Positions 36,816-50,667 of a stretch of 64,000 nt of DNA are shown here, in pieces. Source of the DNA: Lama glama (Eukaryota); assembly GCA_028534125.1 (NCBI GenBank), contig CM052817.1, positions 46,130,001 to 46,194,000 of the forward strand, read 5' to 3'. Each line of letters opens with the position of its first letter. Positions within the stretch are counted from its first letter, which is position 1. The translations under genes were made by a program, and so were the position numbers. The notes under the pieces are model-generated. The model saw only the letters and a list, made by a program, of their open reading frames with translations. It made no database searches and was not told where the DNA came from.

Positions 36816-39434
36816 ATGTCGATATACATTAGGATGGTGCTACTTGGTTGGTAGTCAGTATTCATGAGTTAAATGAATCAATGCACAATAAGGTGGAGGG
36901 AGGGGTCTGGGTTCCTAAATCTACCTTCTGAATCCAGCAAGAAAACAGGCAGTAAGTGACTTGGCACTTAACTGCTTTTTTGTAAAAGAATAAATAGAAC
37001 CAAGAAAGATGATCCTGGCAACGTCTTAGTTTTATAGAAGATTGATGGAGATCACAAGTTTGGTAAACTAGACTTAGGAAAAGGGACTCCTCGCTCATAG
37101 TGGCTTTTGTTTTACAAATTGGATCTGGAAAAGAAATAGCTCAAGTGTCCGAAAAATTAAAGAATTGAGGTGTCACCTGGGAGCATTTCCTTATTCTGTG
37201 CAGTAGCACTGTCGGCACTTAACAAGGGGTGACCGGAAGAATGTCTTAGTCCTGATTAATATCTTATTTTAACCAATATAGTGTTGTGGCCTGTGTTCAA
37301 AAGGATGGGGTGAGAGAGAACACACTGGGGAGAACGGGGTCACGCGGCTACAGTCAACTCTTCAGTATTGATATGTGGCGAGGGATTTTTTTTTTCACGT
37401 TGTAGCTGATGCTTGCAAGCCTGAGATCCCATCATCATGAAAAAATCCTTGTGCTTATCCCAAAATTTTCCACAGCTATGTGCTTCTATGGGCTGATTTC
37501 ACATGGTGTGAAGAAATCTTTTTTTTTATTAGTTCTGTGTTTACTCAATTTTCTAGCCATTAGTTTTCGAGAATGACTCCGTCATGACGCATCAGGGAAG
37601 ATTTGCCTCTGCCTCCGCAGAATAGCCTTCCGTTTTAAAAAGATAATTGGGAACAATTTTCTTTAATCTTTCACTTAAATGTATATACAGAGTATGAAGT
37701 ACAATCATAATTCCTCTTAAAGGCCCAAAACACATTTGAAGATAGAATAGTTTGAGAAGAAAATCAAGGCATGTAGACTCTCCCAACTAGGAAGTGACTG
37801 ACGACATCAACCGGTTCAGCAGTTCCCAACCTGAGAGGTTTGGGCACTTCTTTTCTGAGTTAGTTAAGTATAAGTAATATCTATAGACTAAACATCTATC
37901 TATCTAATGCAGTTTTAAAAATATGTTGAATATTGGGATTATTAAACTGTATTCATTTAAAATTGCTAATGAATTCAGGGTGGCTTGACTGCATGTGTAT
38001 TTTAATTGATACAAAGCAAACGTGTAAGCTCGATCAGGTGGGAGGATGTGGCAAAATAATCTTTTTACATTAAAAGGGGTCCTCCTAGGATACGTTAAGA
38101 AAGCCTGGACTAATGGTATCCACACACAGGCCCTAAACTGGTATCAGCAGTCAGCCTACTGCAGACCACAGCCAGATCCAGCCCTGGGCCGGACCCAAAG
38201 GACCAGCATCCAGCCTCAGACAAGAACATGGAAAAACTCACCTTTCTTCCATCTCTTACTTCTTCCCTCAAGTTAGTGCTCTTCGGGATTGCAGCTGGCA
38301 CTTGTTTATTAGGAAATTACCCGCTTTTCAAAACTGACAATGGAGCACACATACTTTGGTGAATTAGCTTTTATATAACACAAAATGTTTCAAGTCTTTT
38401 ACTAGCTAATTGTTAGCAAGAGCCTGGTGCAACGGAGTGGTAATGGATTGCTTTTGTTAACAATGAAGGCTTTGAAAAATATAGGAAAGTGTCCAAGATC
38501 AAATTGTTAAATTTAATATTCAAAATATGAAACTCTGTTCTATCAGATGTTAATATTTGAAAAAACTGATTTTATTCTAAATTTAGCCAAATTTAACCAT
38601 GCAGGGCATTTTTAGCAAGTTCCATTTGAATGAAGAATTTATGTCTTTCATAATAATTCTTAAAATGTATATTAAATTACGTAATATCATATAAAATAGA
38701 AGTAAAGCACAAATTTCCAAGCAAAATTCTTGGCACTATATTTCCCCATAACCTTTATGAGACAGTGACTGTTTTTCTTTTCTCAACCAAAAATCAATGG
38801 ACCACAATGCTATTTAGGCACATCTCTCATTGATTTATTTATTCAGCAGATATTTCTTGAATGTCTCTGTAATGGCCTTGCTGTATAGCTGGAGGCAGAT
38901 ACAGATATACAGCGGCATCCCTGAGCCCAAAGAACTTTTAATCCAGTTTGAGACAAAATAGAGAAAAAGAGAAGCATATATTGAATGTAGCGATACTCTC
39001 TTTATTTAAATAGCCTCTGTGATAGGCTTTTTAAAGAAGTCTTTTTCCTCTGGACTAATCCATTCTTAACTGAGAATTGGTTTAAGAATTCAAAAAGGAA
39101 AATCCTCTGTTTTTGTTTAGTATGTAATTAAAGAGAGAAGAAAATAAAAATTTAGAAAGCTTTAGAATCTAATAAATAGTAAATGATTGTTTCTCATTGA
39201 TTGACTGGTAATTTGAAGGGTTTCCTTAAATTAAAAATGATTCTGACGCATTTAAAAATTTACATACAACTTGAATGTTGAGTGAGCAGTGCGGATGGCT
39301 GATTAGCTGATCAGATGAGTGAATCTACTAAGGCAATATCTTCAGTTTGTGGTTCTGTTTAGCTTCAGAACTGTAGGTGGAAAGGAACATGAACTTAGTG
39401 GATATTTGTTCTTAAATCTAAATGTGGATGGGCC

Positions 39435-39715
39435 TAATAATAATAATAATGAGTAATAATAACAACAACAATAATAATAATGACAACTAATATTTATACC
39501 TAACCTTTTTAACTCACTAGGTAATTTAAAATATAATTGCTTACTTATTCCTCAGAATCATCCTGGGAAGTCAATACATTTTTATTTCCATTTTATAGAT
39601 GAGACTAAGGCAAAAAGATTAAGAAATTTGTTCAAGGCCCTTCAGCTCATAAACAGTAAGACGGGATTCAAACTTTGCAGCCTGATTCCAGCCAGCATCA
39701 AACTCTTTCATCTCC
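39435..39715 (-). mobile_element. MIR with an adjacent (AAT/AAC)n repeat
   Basis: aataataat...aacaacaac; ccattttatagatgagactaagg...ttgttcaagg...gggattcaaact. Confidence 0.65.
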
Positions 39716-42700
39716 ACAGTGTATCACATTTACCTGTAACAACATCCAGTTCACTGAAAGTGCAGGGTGTGTTATACCTGCGATGCTCTCATATATTTTC
39801 ATTAAAATCTGCATTTCTGGAGTTTTCTAGTCTCAGATTATTTGCAAAGAGCATTCACACCCCTTTGCAGATAGTTTTTATACTCTTTCCTTAAGAAGAA
39901 TGTCCTGGTACTGTTTTCCTATGAAGAAGAACATCAGGTGTGCCAGTCTCCCAGCTTCCGGTGGCAAAGCATTCATCTTACTTTTTTATTGTTCATTGTG
40001 CTTATGAAAAACATTTTACTCTGAAAATGTCACATCAAAAATGAATTTCATCAGCAGAACCCTCTGAAAAATCATTCAGTAGTCACAAAAAGTAAGAAAA
40101 AGCCAGGTACTGCATTTGATATTAGGAAGCTGGCCGAGACTGGAGCTGTTGCTTCTTGTGCTTGCCATGAGCTGTGCCCTAGTAATAGGAGAGCCTGCCC
40201 TTCCGTCACTTATGCATACCCACAGAGCATTCATTACACACTCAGAGATGATGAATTAGGAATGCAGCTATCCCTATTTAAAACACTGCTATTGCGTGTC
40301 TAGCTAATGCCTAGTGCCATGTGATTGTAAATCGCCTACATCAATGCTGCTACTTCCCATGCAACATTTTACAGTTAAAATGCTAACTCTCAAAGGCATT
40401 GATTTAAACAATCATTTTATGCTTGGTCATTCAATAAACATTTTCTGTGTCATTCAGCCACAAATCAGCCTTGGAGAAACTTTGCAATTTACAGCTAAAT
40501 CATTCGCACGACTATTGCATGATGACGTACGGATTTATGGAAGTTTCACAAATATTTAATGTTAATATTCTTCTCAGGTGTGGGAAAAGGGCAAACATGC
40601 ACAATAGATATTTAAGCTTGAAATTTTATTTTCTGTCAATGTCTTCAAAGATACCTGAATTATTGTCTAAATCTAAGTTCAATAAATTTAGGATTGCCTG
40701 ATTTCTGCAGACCCTGGGGATAAAAGTATCTAGAAGACAGAGTGAAATGCCACAAAAATCCTAGGAATTGTTTTATGATTAATATTTTTTCTCTGTTGAG
40801 CACTACCATTAACAGACATAAAAAAAAATTGCTAGCAAAGGCAATAAAACAATAGCTATTAAAGCCTTTATTTTTATTGCATTGGATATTACTGGTAATA
40901 TCTATTTGACTTAGAAATTATCCCCCAATAAAATTACACATAAATGAGATTATATTCTATCTTGCAATGCATCCTACTCTATAAGGAATGATTTATGTAG
41001 TTTTTAATATTTTATTACATTGGTTCTCACACATGGCTGGACTTTAAAATCTCTTGGTCAGCTTCTAAAAAAATACTGAAGCCTGGGCCTTACTTGCCCA
41101 GAGATTCTGATTCATTTGGTTTGGACAGGGCCTCAAATGAACGTATTGTTTCTCGCAAGCAGACAGCCTGTTGTTTTAACCAAAACATGAAATGAGAGAA
41201 AGAATACCGAACCACATGTAGTTTAGATCCAAGTTCTGGTCCTGACTGAAAATAAACTGTTATGTGATCTTGTCTAGGTCATTTAAGAGCTGTGGGCTAG
41301 ATTTTTTCATTCTTAAAATGCAATTTGAACCACACGATCTCCAATGCAATAGTTTTCTATGATCTCCAAGATACGGTATTGAGAAGACGGAATCTCAGCT
41401 TTATCATCTCTTGATGGTAGGTGCTTTTAAGCATTGAGCAATTTTAGGCACGTACACAAAGGCATTGGCTCAAAGATCCTAGAGTGATAATGCAGATAAT
41501 GTCCTCAGGCTGTGAAAAAAATAGTTCATCTTATAAACAGGCTTTTCCAGTTTTCTCAAATCTTGCCTTCATCTCCCCTAGGATCTTTGCTTAGGTGTTT
41601 TTTTGTTTGTTTGTTTTCTTCCCTTTGCTTACAACTTATGAATCATGAACTCCACAAAAACTCTGTGGGGATTTTGAAACTTGAAAATCTTGATCCTGTT
41701 GCAGATAAAGAGGATGGTATTGTAGTACAACCCAAACCACACTTATGAAGAAAATCTCACTTTTTCTGATAGAAAAAAAGGGGGGAGGTTATATGTTAAA
41801 TGTGCTAACAAACAGAAAACACTTAAGCAAAAAAAAGAAAAGAGAGAGAGACAATCAGTAGCTAGAAGCCCTAGGTTGCCGTCCTCGCTCCTGTCAATCA
41901 TAAGCCTTTTGACTTTATGATCTCGTTTACACCGCCTCATCTGTAAAACCTGGAGATAATTGTTCCTTTCATTCATCTCAGTATTTTTATGGGACTAAAA
42001 ATACGATAATGCTTAATAAAATGGTGAGAACTGTCAGATATAATTACTGACATTAATAAATATCAGGTATTTAATTAGTGCCAGGATACATAAGAGAGTC
42101 AGAAAGTTTAAAGGGCAACCAAGACAGTGCTGGATTCGCAAAGCAAAAGGTGGGCAATCCAAAGAGGAGGCATAGGTACCAATAGCAGGTGGAGCAATGA
42201 GGTCGAGACGGTAGGAATGGATGAAGAGATTTGGCAAGAATGAGGTCACTGGTAACCTTTCAGGAGAAAGTTCAGTGGAATGAAGAGGATGGAAGTCAGA
42301 TGACAGACAAGGAATATTCCATGTTTCTTCTAATACCAAGTGTTACTATCAGAGAAGATGAGTCGTCTGTGAGCCTCAGCATGGGAACACTCACAGCACA
42401 TTCATAGAACATTCGTAAGTTGTCAGAGTTAAGCCTAAGAGCAGAGATGAGTCATTCTTCCAGGCCAGCCTCTGTTTAACCCATGCTGTATTCAAATGAG
42501 CGAGATAGGGAAGCTGCTTCTGATGAGTTTTACTATGACGTGCGTTTCTTATCTTTTCCTTATTTAATTTGGAAGGAAACATCACGAATAATTTTCTTCA
42601 ATGTGACATAGCTCTAAGAAGATATCCTTATGTATTATGATAGAGGGGTTGGGGCAAAATGATCTCCTGAGATATTGAGATTCTATACATACTATCTCAC

Positions 42701-45700
42701 TCACTCCTTATTTAAATGCGTTGGTCTCTCTTACTCGTTTCCTACCCATCCCTATTCCACTCTTTTTGTGTGGAGGTGAGGGGAGCTTAGGGAGATACAT
42801 ATGACAGAGATTGCCTCTATATATAGTATACAGACGTACATATACACATATACATATACCTACACACAGGTAGCATCTGTTGTATCTTCCTTGAGAGCAA
42901 ATAGAGACATGTATCACCACCCTGTCTTACATGGTGCTATAAAACAAACTGATTTGGACTTCAGAATGGCATAAAATTAAAAAAAAAAAAGATGACATGA
43001 CAGGAATATCGATCTTATGACTGGTATAGTCTCCTCTCAAGTTCCTATGGCTCTTGGACTATAAATTCAGACTTCAGGATCCTTCAAAACTCCCATCGTC
43101 TCACCAGTCAGCCCCGCATACTCCCTGGAACAACATTCATTTCCTTCCTCTAAAGACACCTGCTAATACATACCTATTTGGAAATCCAGTTATCTCTCCA
43201 CCTCTGCACCAGAGGAAGCAGTACTTCAGGTCTGTTCTTCCTGGTTTAGTGCAGCTGCTTCCTGAGAATATATGACAAATGAAGTGAAATGAAGCCCGAA
43301 AGCTCACCAAGAAGAAACCTGAGTTCTACAGGAATCTTGAGCCAATTCCCTAGAGGTCTTCTGAACCCTACCTGGATGACAGCGTGTCTTTGGATTTGGA
43401 AAACAGATCGCCCCTGTAGCTGTGGGGCTCCAAAAGGACTGTAAACTGCTCTTTTCTGTGTCGTTACCCTGTGCTGCCAGTCTCACAGTAGGTATCATGG
43501 CCTCCTAATGTGAAACTTTCTGCTCTTTGTGCTGGTGTCTGTTGTACTGAGGTCTCTGGTGGCTTTGAGAAATCCTTGACTCTCCAAAATCACAAGTCAA
43601 TAAAAAATATTCAAAAGACAATGCTGAATCAAGCTCAACAATGGATATGGCTAGGCTAGGCTAGGATAGGAATAGCTTTTGATGTTAGAGGGTAAATTTG
43701 AGAGTGGAAGCATTGATATTTATAATATCTCTCAAAAGAGTTCAAAATATTTTTATGACACTTCAGCTCCAGTTAGTTGGAGCTTTTGCTTATTTTTTGT
43801 CCTAACTCACATTCAAACCCACATTATCCCTTCCTCTGGGAACCTTCCCTAGTTAACTTTATTATCACTTCCTCTGGGAACCGTCCCTAATTTTCCTAGA
43901 CCATGCCAGGGACTTTAGTGATGGCCTTTTTTTACATCCTGAACTTTCTCCACCATAACACTTACCAGTTCTTCATGCGCTTGCATCTTTGCTGCTTTCT
44001 TGGAAAGGTAAGTTCTATGAGAAAGGGGTCGACAGCTCTGCTTATTGAGTAACTTACATGACAGGCGATATTCTAAAAACATGAAGTTAAAAATTTTGGA
44101 ACATTGTCTGCACTGGCACATAAGAAGTTACAATAAATATTGACTATTGTTACTATTAGTGGTGATTTAAAAGTTGTATTCTCAAGACCAGATTCTAATA
44201 TTCTTGAATCCAAAGAGATGCCTTCCTTGTGTTCAGATACCCTGCTGTCCCTAGTTTAGTATCTTGCATATAGTAGGCACTAAGTACATAGTTGTTGAAT
44301 GAATTTGTTGATTACCAAAGCTGAATTCCATATTATAAATTACAGGAAGAGAAGGAAATGACATTGGGACTTGGTTGTCCTATATCTGGTAGTGATCTAA
44401 CACCACAATGTTAATAATTATCACCAGTATAATTCCTATTACATTAATGGTGTGCATGTTATCTCAACCAGCTCCTGGACCAGTTTTGTTAGATACGTAC
44501 GAATCACATTTAGGACCAATGGTAAGGAAGACTTGCCCATTAAGCAGGTACTTAACAATACTTCTCTGCATGGATCAGTGCTGCTCACAAGAAACTATGT
44601 CATTTGATGGGTTTGGTGTGGACAGCCGAAATCCTGTTGAGCAGGAGCAATCCTTGAAGCAATCCTCAGAAAATTCAGCTTGTTGAAGACTATAACATCT
44701 TGAATCACTCTGAGAAAACCCAGAAGCTTAAGGAGCCAAGGGACTCCATCTGTTGGCGACCCAGCCATCAGGAGCCCAGCCAGCACCGGACTCTTGTGTT
44801 CCGCATGGAAAAGACAAACATGCTGATCAGATCGTGGTGCTCATTACTATGAAAATTACTGTAGGAATAGTACTGAGATGGAAAGAGAAACACAGCAGCA
44901 GTGTTATTCAGAGATGCGGCGTCATCCAGTTTCATAGATTAACTAAATCTTTGCTATTGCCACTTTTTGCATTTGAAGTATTTCAAATATTTTTACTTCT
45001 GCATCCCTGATTTATGAAGGACTTAGTAACTATAATAGAAAGCATGAGAATGTATGTTCTTAGAGTTGATGGATTCCAGGTTCTCATCCTACTTTTGCTA
45101 CTTTTTGTTCTATGTACAGATCTTCCCTAGAAAATTTCATTTAAAGAAATATATTATTGGGTAAAAAGTTTGACAGCTACCTCTGTACATTATAGCTTCC
45201 TTACCTTATGGGTCAAATCCTGTTATGACAAAAAAACACTACTTCTGAATCACTATGTAAAATAAAAGCTTTCTTATATGATGTTCTGTTTATTTCAAGC
45301 AATACTTTAGGCACAAAGTTGCAGTAAAATGAAAGTATTTGTCTGGGCCCTTAGATTTCCTTATAATGCAGTTTTTCTCACAGCTTTTAAATCTGGCATC
45401 AGAATTTTGGAATTAATATTATGGGCTTGTGTTAATTTGGTTAGATAATTTACATAGATTTTAACCCCTTTGCTTAGAATTCAATGCTAAGTTTTGAGAG
45501 ATCACTGTTTTTGTTTCTGATAAGTAAAGACATTTTCTTCTTTAAGGGTCAAGATAGTTTAGTTATTGCTTTACTATTCATGCCTTTTTAGATAAAGAAC
45601 ATTTCATTTCAGTCAAAAGGAAAATTAGAATATTTCTTTAGATTTTATCAGTCTGTCAGGAATGGGAACAGATCACTCTCATAGAGATATATGGTATTTC

Positions 45701-45776
45701 AAGCACAAAGGTGACATTCTGTAGTTTTAAACTAATTAAAAAGGAATTAAAAATGGTTTTTACAACTTCCTAAAAT

Positions 45777-46322
45777 TGTTACCCCCAAAAGGTAAAAATT
45801 CCCATTCTTGTCATACTCGAAAGACAAGTTTACAGTTGGGTGACGGTGCATTGTGTAGTGAAAGATTTTAAAAGATTTATTTAAAAAAGGAAAAGTATAC
45901 CCCCAAAACAGGAGGTGGGCTGACCCAAGGGAGGAAAAAGCGGCGGTCTTTGTCTCCCCTTTCTCTTATACCCTCACTTGGAGGTGGTCTTTTGATCGAT
46001 TGATGGCTCTTGCCTCTGGAATGCTTAGTCACATTTGGCCCCTTTGCGCATGTCCTTACCCATGGTGTACACAGAAAAACCCATGGGGGTGGCTAAACTG
46101 CAATGTTAATTATAATACAATGGGCACTGGGCTGTGTTCAGTTAAGTCCTTTCTCCTACCATGCAGTTGTGGCTGTAGGGTTCTAACCAGTTTCTTGCTG
46201 GCACTTATTTAAAAGAAGTAATGTCCCTTTATGCTGGAGGCTGGCATAACACCATCTTCCAGACCATCCTCCCTCTCCTCCACCTGTCTGCCCAGTGCCC
46301 TCACGTATCTAACTACCTAACA
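45777..46322 (-). mobile_element. Solo ERV1-like LTR (546 bp)
   Basis: TGTTA...TAACA termini; 4-bp TSD AAAT (45773-45776, 46323-46326); AATAAA on minus at 45876-45881. Confidence 0.8.
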
Positions 46323-47854
46323 AAATCACAAACACAAAACCAGTTTGTAAAAATAATTCAAGACTAGGATGTGGATGGGGGAGGGGGAAAGGAATAGGAA
46401 GCAAAAGAAGGGAGAGAACTTATATTTATTGGATATTTGCTATGTGTGAAACATTAAGCTAAGTGTGTTATACATATTCCTCCTTTTAACCCACACAATG
46501 ATCCATTGAGTACATACAATAATCCCCAATTTCTTAGTGAGAACCTGAGTGGTAAATAATATTTCCAAGGTTGAGCAGTGATGGAGCTGGGGTTTGAAAC
46601 TACGTTTGTTAGATTTCAGATCCCTGGTCTTTCCTGGTGTTCCTCTGGATCCCGAGACCAGTCTGTTTTTGCATGGTTCCTACAAACTGCCCTTCTCACT
46701 CCTCCTGCGGCGGTTCTCACTGATCTCGGTCTAAACCTCCAGTCACGTTCCATCCTGCTCTCCATCTCTTCAGCCTTCTAATGCCTATCCCTTTGTGGCT
46801 CCTTCTCCCATTTGGGGGCCATCTCAATCTTCACACACAGAACTCTTTGCTCCACATGTTCCTTAGTTTCCACTTGACCCCAGGTTAGCTTTAACTTTTG
46901 ACTACACAGCATCAGTCTACCTTAGGTTAAAGAGCCTCTTGATTTAAAGAAATACCAGGGCCTCACTTTGCTAATCCTGCAAGGAAATCACATCTCCTCA
47001 GCTTACTTTGGAGCCTTTAAATTGAGGATCCAGGTGTCTTTTTATATGGAAATTAGAGGAGCTGGAGAATGGAAAGAGCCAAAGGCATAAACTATTTGAA
47101 GTCAACAACTGGCTCCCAGGTGAAGCCCTTGGAGGCATGGAGAGCCAAGAGTCAGCCCTTCCCCAGTCCCAAATAGCCCATCAGATAGGGAGGAGGGTCA
47201 CTCAGAGGGGAGGATGGTTGAGTGGCGTTAGCCTGAAGTAGAAAAGGCATTGGTAGTTGTGGGTGAGAGGTGACTGGGTGCCTGGAGGCCAGAAAACTCA
47301 GATGTTTTCTAGCCAAAGGCTGAACAAAAAAGACTGGAATGATGAATAAGTCAACCTGAAGCTGAGGCATCTGGTTTTGTAGAAAATAAATCGTAGAGGG
47401 ACATAGTTTTTCCGTGACCCAACAACAGTCTGTAATGCCATTGAGGAAAAAGGAATCTCTCCTTGATTTTGAGCCTAGGTAGAAGGAAACAATGAAAAGC
47501 TTTCTTTTCAGGTGATTTGCAAGGAATAGAAGTTTCTTGTACCTGGGATCCTATTGACAATCGGGAGAACTCTGGTGTAGAATTTCACAAAAGACCCTCC
47601 TCTTTTGTAGGTCAGAGTTGGACAGGGAAGAAGGCTTGACTTTCCCCAGGCCACACTAGAAAGGCCTGAGAAACATTTTTTGTTTCTTTCCTTTTCTGGA
47701 TGATAAACCAGGCCCGATGTCTTACACTTTTTGTTGTATCCTCCAGCATCCCGCTCCGCATCTAGAACACAAACAGTGCTCCATAAATGTTCTCTAGGTG
47801 GATGAATGGGTTGGGCCTCAAACAGGATGATGTATGTGAAGGTACTGAAGAGGG

Positions 47855-48095
47855 TGGAGGGTTAAAAGTGTAGGCTTGAGGGCAGATTGCCTGGCTTGAA
47901 ATCGTTACAACCCAATTTACTAATTGTGTGACTTGGAGCATCATTTGACACCTTTCTGTGCCTCAGTTTTTCCTCCTTTATAAAGCAGAAATGATAGTAT
48001 CACTATCTCTGAAGGATGTTGTGGGTGTTAAATAAGCACAAGGCATTTAGAACCGTGCCTGGCCCATAGTAAGAGTTCAGTAAAATTTAGACACT
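47855..48095 (+). mobile_element. MIR SINE
   Basis: ttactaattgtgtgacttgg...tctgtgcctcagttt...ttagaaccgtgcctggcccatagtaag. Confidence 0.75.
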
Positions 48096-48588
48096 TGGGA
48101 CTCAGCAACTTGGAAATTATAAACCAAAAAGGGGTTTTATTGTTTTAAAAATAACCAAGATTGGATAAAAGGCTAATGCAATTCAGTAAAAACCATGGCG
48201 TTGAAGTGTATAATATTTTAAGTTTGTTTATTAGCAGTCATAAAGGTTGTAACTTGGAGTAATTTGTCATTTTACTTATGCATGAATTTACGTTGCCAGT
48301 ACTGTTAGACTGGTATGCAGGATGAATCTGTTCTCTGCAGACTGTGCCCCCCAAATACCTTGCCTGACATTTCTTGTAGCTACATATTCATTATCTATTT
48401 TCTTAATAAGCACTATGAACACAAGCACTATACCTGTCTTATTTTTAGAGCCTGACACAATAATAAATACAGCTAAAAATGTGGTTCATTTACTATGTGC
48501 TAGCTACTATGCTAAAAGCTAACATAATTGACGTCAATTAATATCTCATTCATTACTCACAACAACACTTTGAAATGGGCATAATCAT

Positions 48589-48952
48589 TGTAATAGATCA
48601 TTGTTCAAAAATATTCATTCTCCTGCTGCCACTTCCCTACTCTCAATTCTGGTTTCAGACACGTGACTTACTTGGACCAATGGGATGTAAGCAGACATGG
48701 TGCTAGCTAAGGCTTAAGAAGTACATGCATGGGTGGGCTGGCTTTTTTGCACCTCACCATCATCATGAAAAACAATGCCTAGGCTAGCCACTGGTTCCAG
48801 GAACAGGATGAGGGACCCCTAGAGCAGCGCTAAGCCCTTAGCCCAAAGCAGTCAAGATCAGCCCACCACCAGTCAAATTCCAGACTCATGAGGAAGCCCA
48901 TCCAAAATCAGTAGAGCTTTCTAGGTTTCTCTAGGCACTTGAAATTTTAATG
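48589..48952 (+). mobile_element. MLT1 (MaLR) LTR, old
   Basis: Typical MLT1 motifs: cacgtgacttacttggaccaatgggatgtaagcagacatg; ccatcatcatgaaaaacaatgcctaggctagccactgg. Confidence 0.65.
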
Positions 48953-48956
48953 TTAT

Positions 48957-49421
48957 TGTTACGGAAACGACAGGCCAGTCAAGAAACAAGCACCACTTGC
49001 AGGGTTGGAGTACTCAGATGTATTACGCCAGCGGGCTCAGAGGGGCTTCTGCTCCGATCCTCTGAGCACCTCCAAGATGTGTGCATGAGGTTTTATAGGG
49101 TAAAGTACAGGCTTGGGGTATTTGGCCAATAGGCATGGAACAGCTTTAGCAGCATTATCATCACAAAAGTGGAGGTGGGGAGGCAGCAAACCAATATTCC
49201 AAAGCCAGATATGTATCTTTGAAAATCCAGCTGGCTAGCAAAAAAAACATAAACAGCAAACCAACACTAATTAACTTAGATTTACAAGTTAGTCCAACAG
49301 AACTCAGATCAGTATTCCAATACTTAGATTTGTGAGTTATCTTGTTAGCCAGCCCAGCCTCTCCTTCACATTCCTAGACTTGTGAGTTATCTTGTTAGAT
49401 CAACCCAGTTTTTCCTTCACA
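48957..49421 (-). mobile_element. Solo ERV1-like LTR A (465 bp) with an internal 50-bp tandem duplication
   Basis: TG...CA termini; TSD TTAT (48953-48956, 49422-49425); TATAAA on minus at 49092-49097. Confidence 0.85.
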
Positions 49422-49861
49422 TTATATTTTTATTTTCACTTAATTCAAGGTATTCTTTAATTTCATTTGAAACTTCTTAGACTCAAATGTTGTTTCATTA
49501 TAAAATCTTTGGGGATTTTCCAGCTATTTTTCTGTTGTTGATTTCAAGTTTCATTCCACTGTGCTCTGAAATCATACCTTGTCTGATTTCTATTCTTTTA
49601 AATGTGTTGAGGTATGTTACATGGCTTAGAATGTGGTCTATCCTGGTGAATGTTCCATGGAAACTTCAGAATAATGCGTTTTTTTGCTGTTGTTGGATGG
49701 AGTATTCCATAAATGTCGATTAGGTCATATTGATTGACAGTGCACTTCACATCAACTATATCTTCACTGTTCTTTATCCTGCTTGATATTCTCTGGGCTT
49801 CCAGGGTCTGTGCTTTGGTGTCTGTTGTTAATTTCTGAAAATTCTCAGCCACCGTTACTTC

Positions 49862-50349
49862 TGTTGACTGAAATAAACGCAGAGCCTAAAAGTTGAGAGT
49901 TATGTTGTAATTGGCGGACATTTCTGAGGACTCGAACCCCTTCAATCCTGGGATGACAGCCTCTCAGATCGCTCAGAGGGACAGCTCTAAAGAGGGAGGG
50001 GAGGAGCTGGGATATATAGGAGTCTAACAACAAAGATCAGGTAGTTGGAACATTTAAAGTTTACTCGTTAACTAAAGAAAACCAGGCATCTCAAGTTAAC
50101 TTAGCGCTTTTCTATGTATGGGAGGGAGCAAACATTTGGGCTCACTAAATTCATTCCTTTGACAAGCACCTAGCTATCTGGGGCCAGTATCCTGTCCTTT
50201 CTTACTCTGAGTCCCCTCAGAGTGCACCATTGTGAGTGGCTGCAGAGGCTGGGCTGCAGCCTTGTCTTCACTGGGAGTGGTGGCTGCAGCAGCTGATGGC
50301 TTCAGCATTCTTTGTTTACTGATATGGTTTGCAGTATTTTTCGTTCACA
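49862..50349 (-). mobile_element. Solo ERV1-like LTR B (488 bp)
   Basis: TGTTGA...TTCACA termini; TSD CTTC (49858-49861, 50350-50353); TATATA at 50013-50018. Orientation inferred from recalled related cetartiodactyl LTRs. Confidence 0.85.
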
Positions 50350-50667
50350 CTTCGAATATTTTTTTCCGTCTTACTCTCTTTTCCCTCTGGTATTCTAACT
50401 ATGTGTGTGTGTGTTACACATTTTGAAAATTTTCCACATTCTTGGGTGTTCTGTTCTATTTTTTAATTACTTTTTCTCATTACATTTCAGTTTTGAAAAT
50501 TTTCAATTGATTTATCTTCAAGTCTGTTGATTCATTCCTTAGCTGCGTCCCTTGTACTCTTGAGCCTATCAAAAGCATTCTTTACTTCTGTTAATAGTAT
50601 TACAATCTCTGGTATTTCCTTTTGCTTCTTTCTTAGAATTTCCATCTCTATGTTTATATTACCCATC

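Noticed and set aside
43823..43889. 29-bp direct repeat with 38-bp period
   Set aside because: Local tandem duplication in an L2-like remnant; only two copies, and not a CRISPR array.
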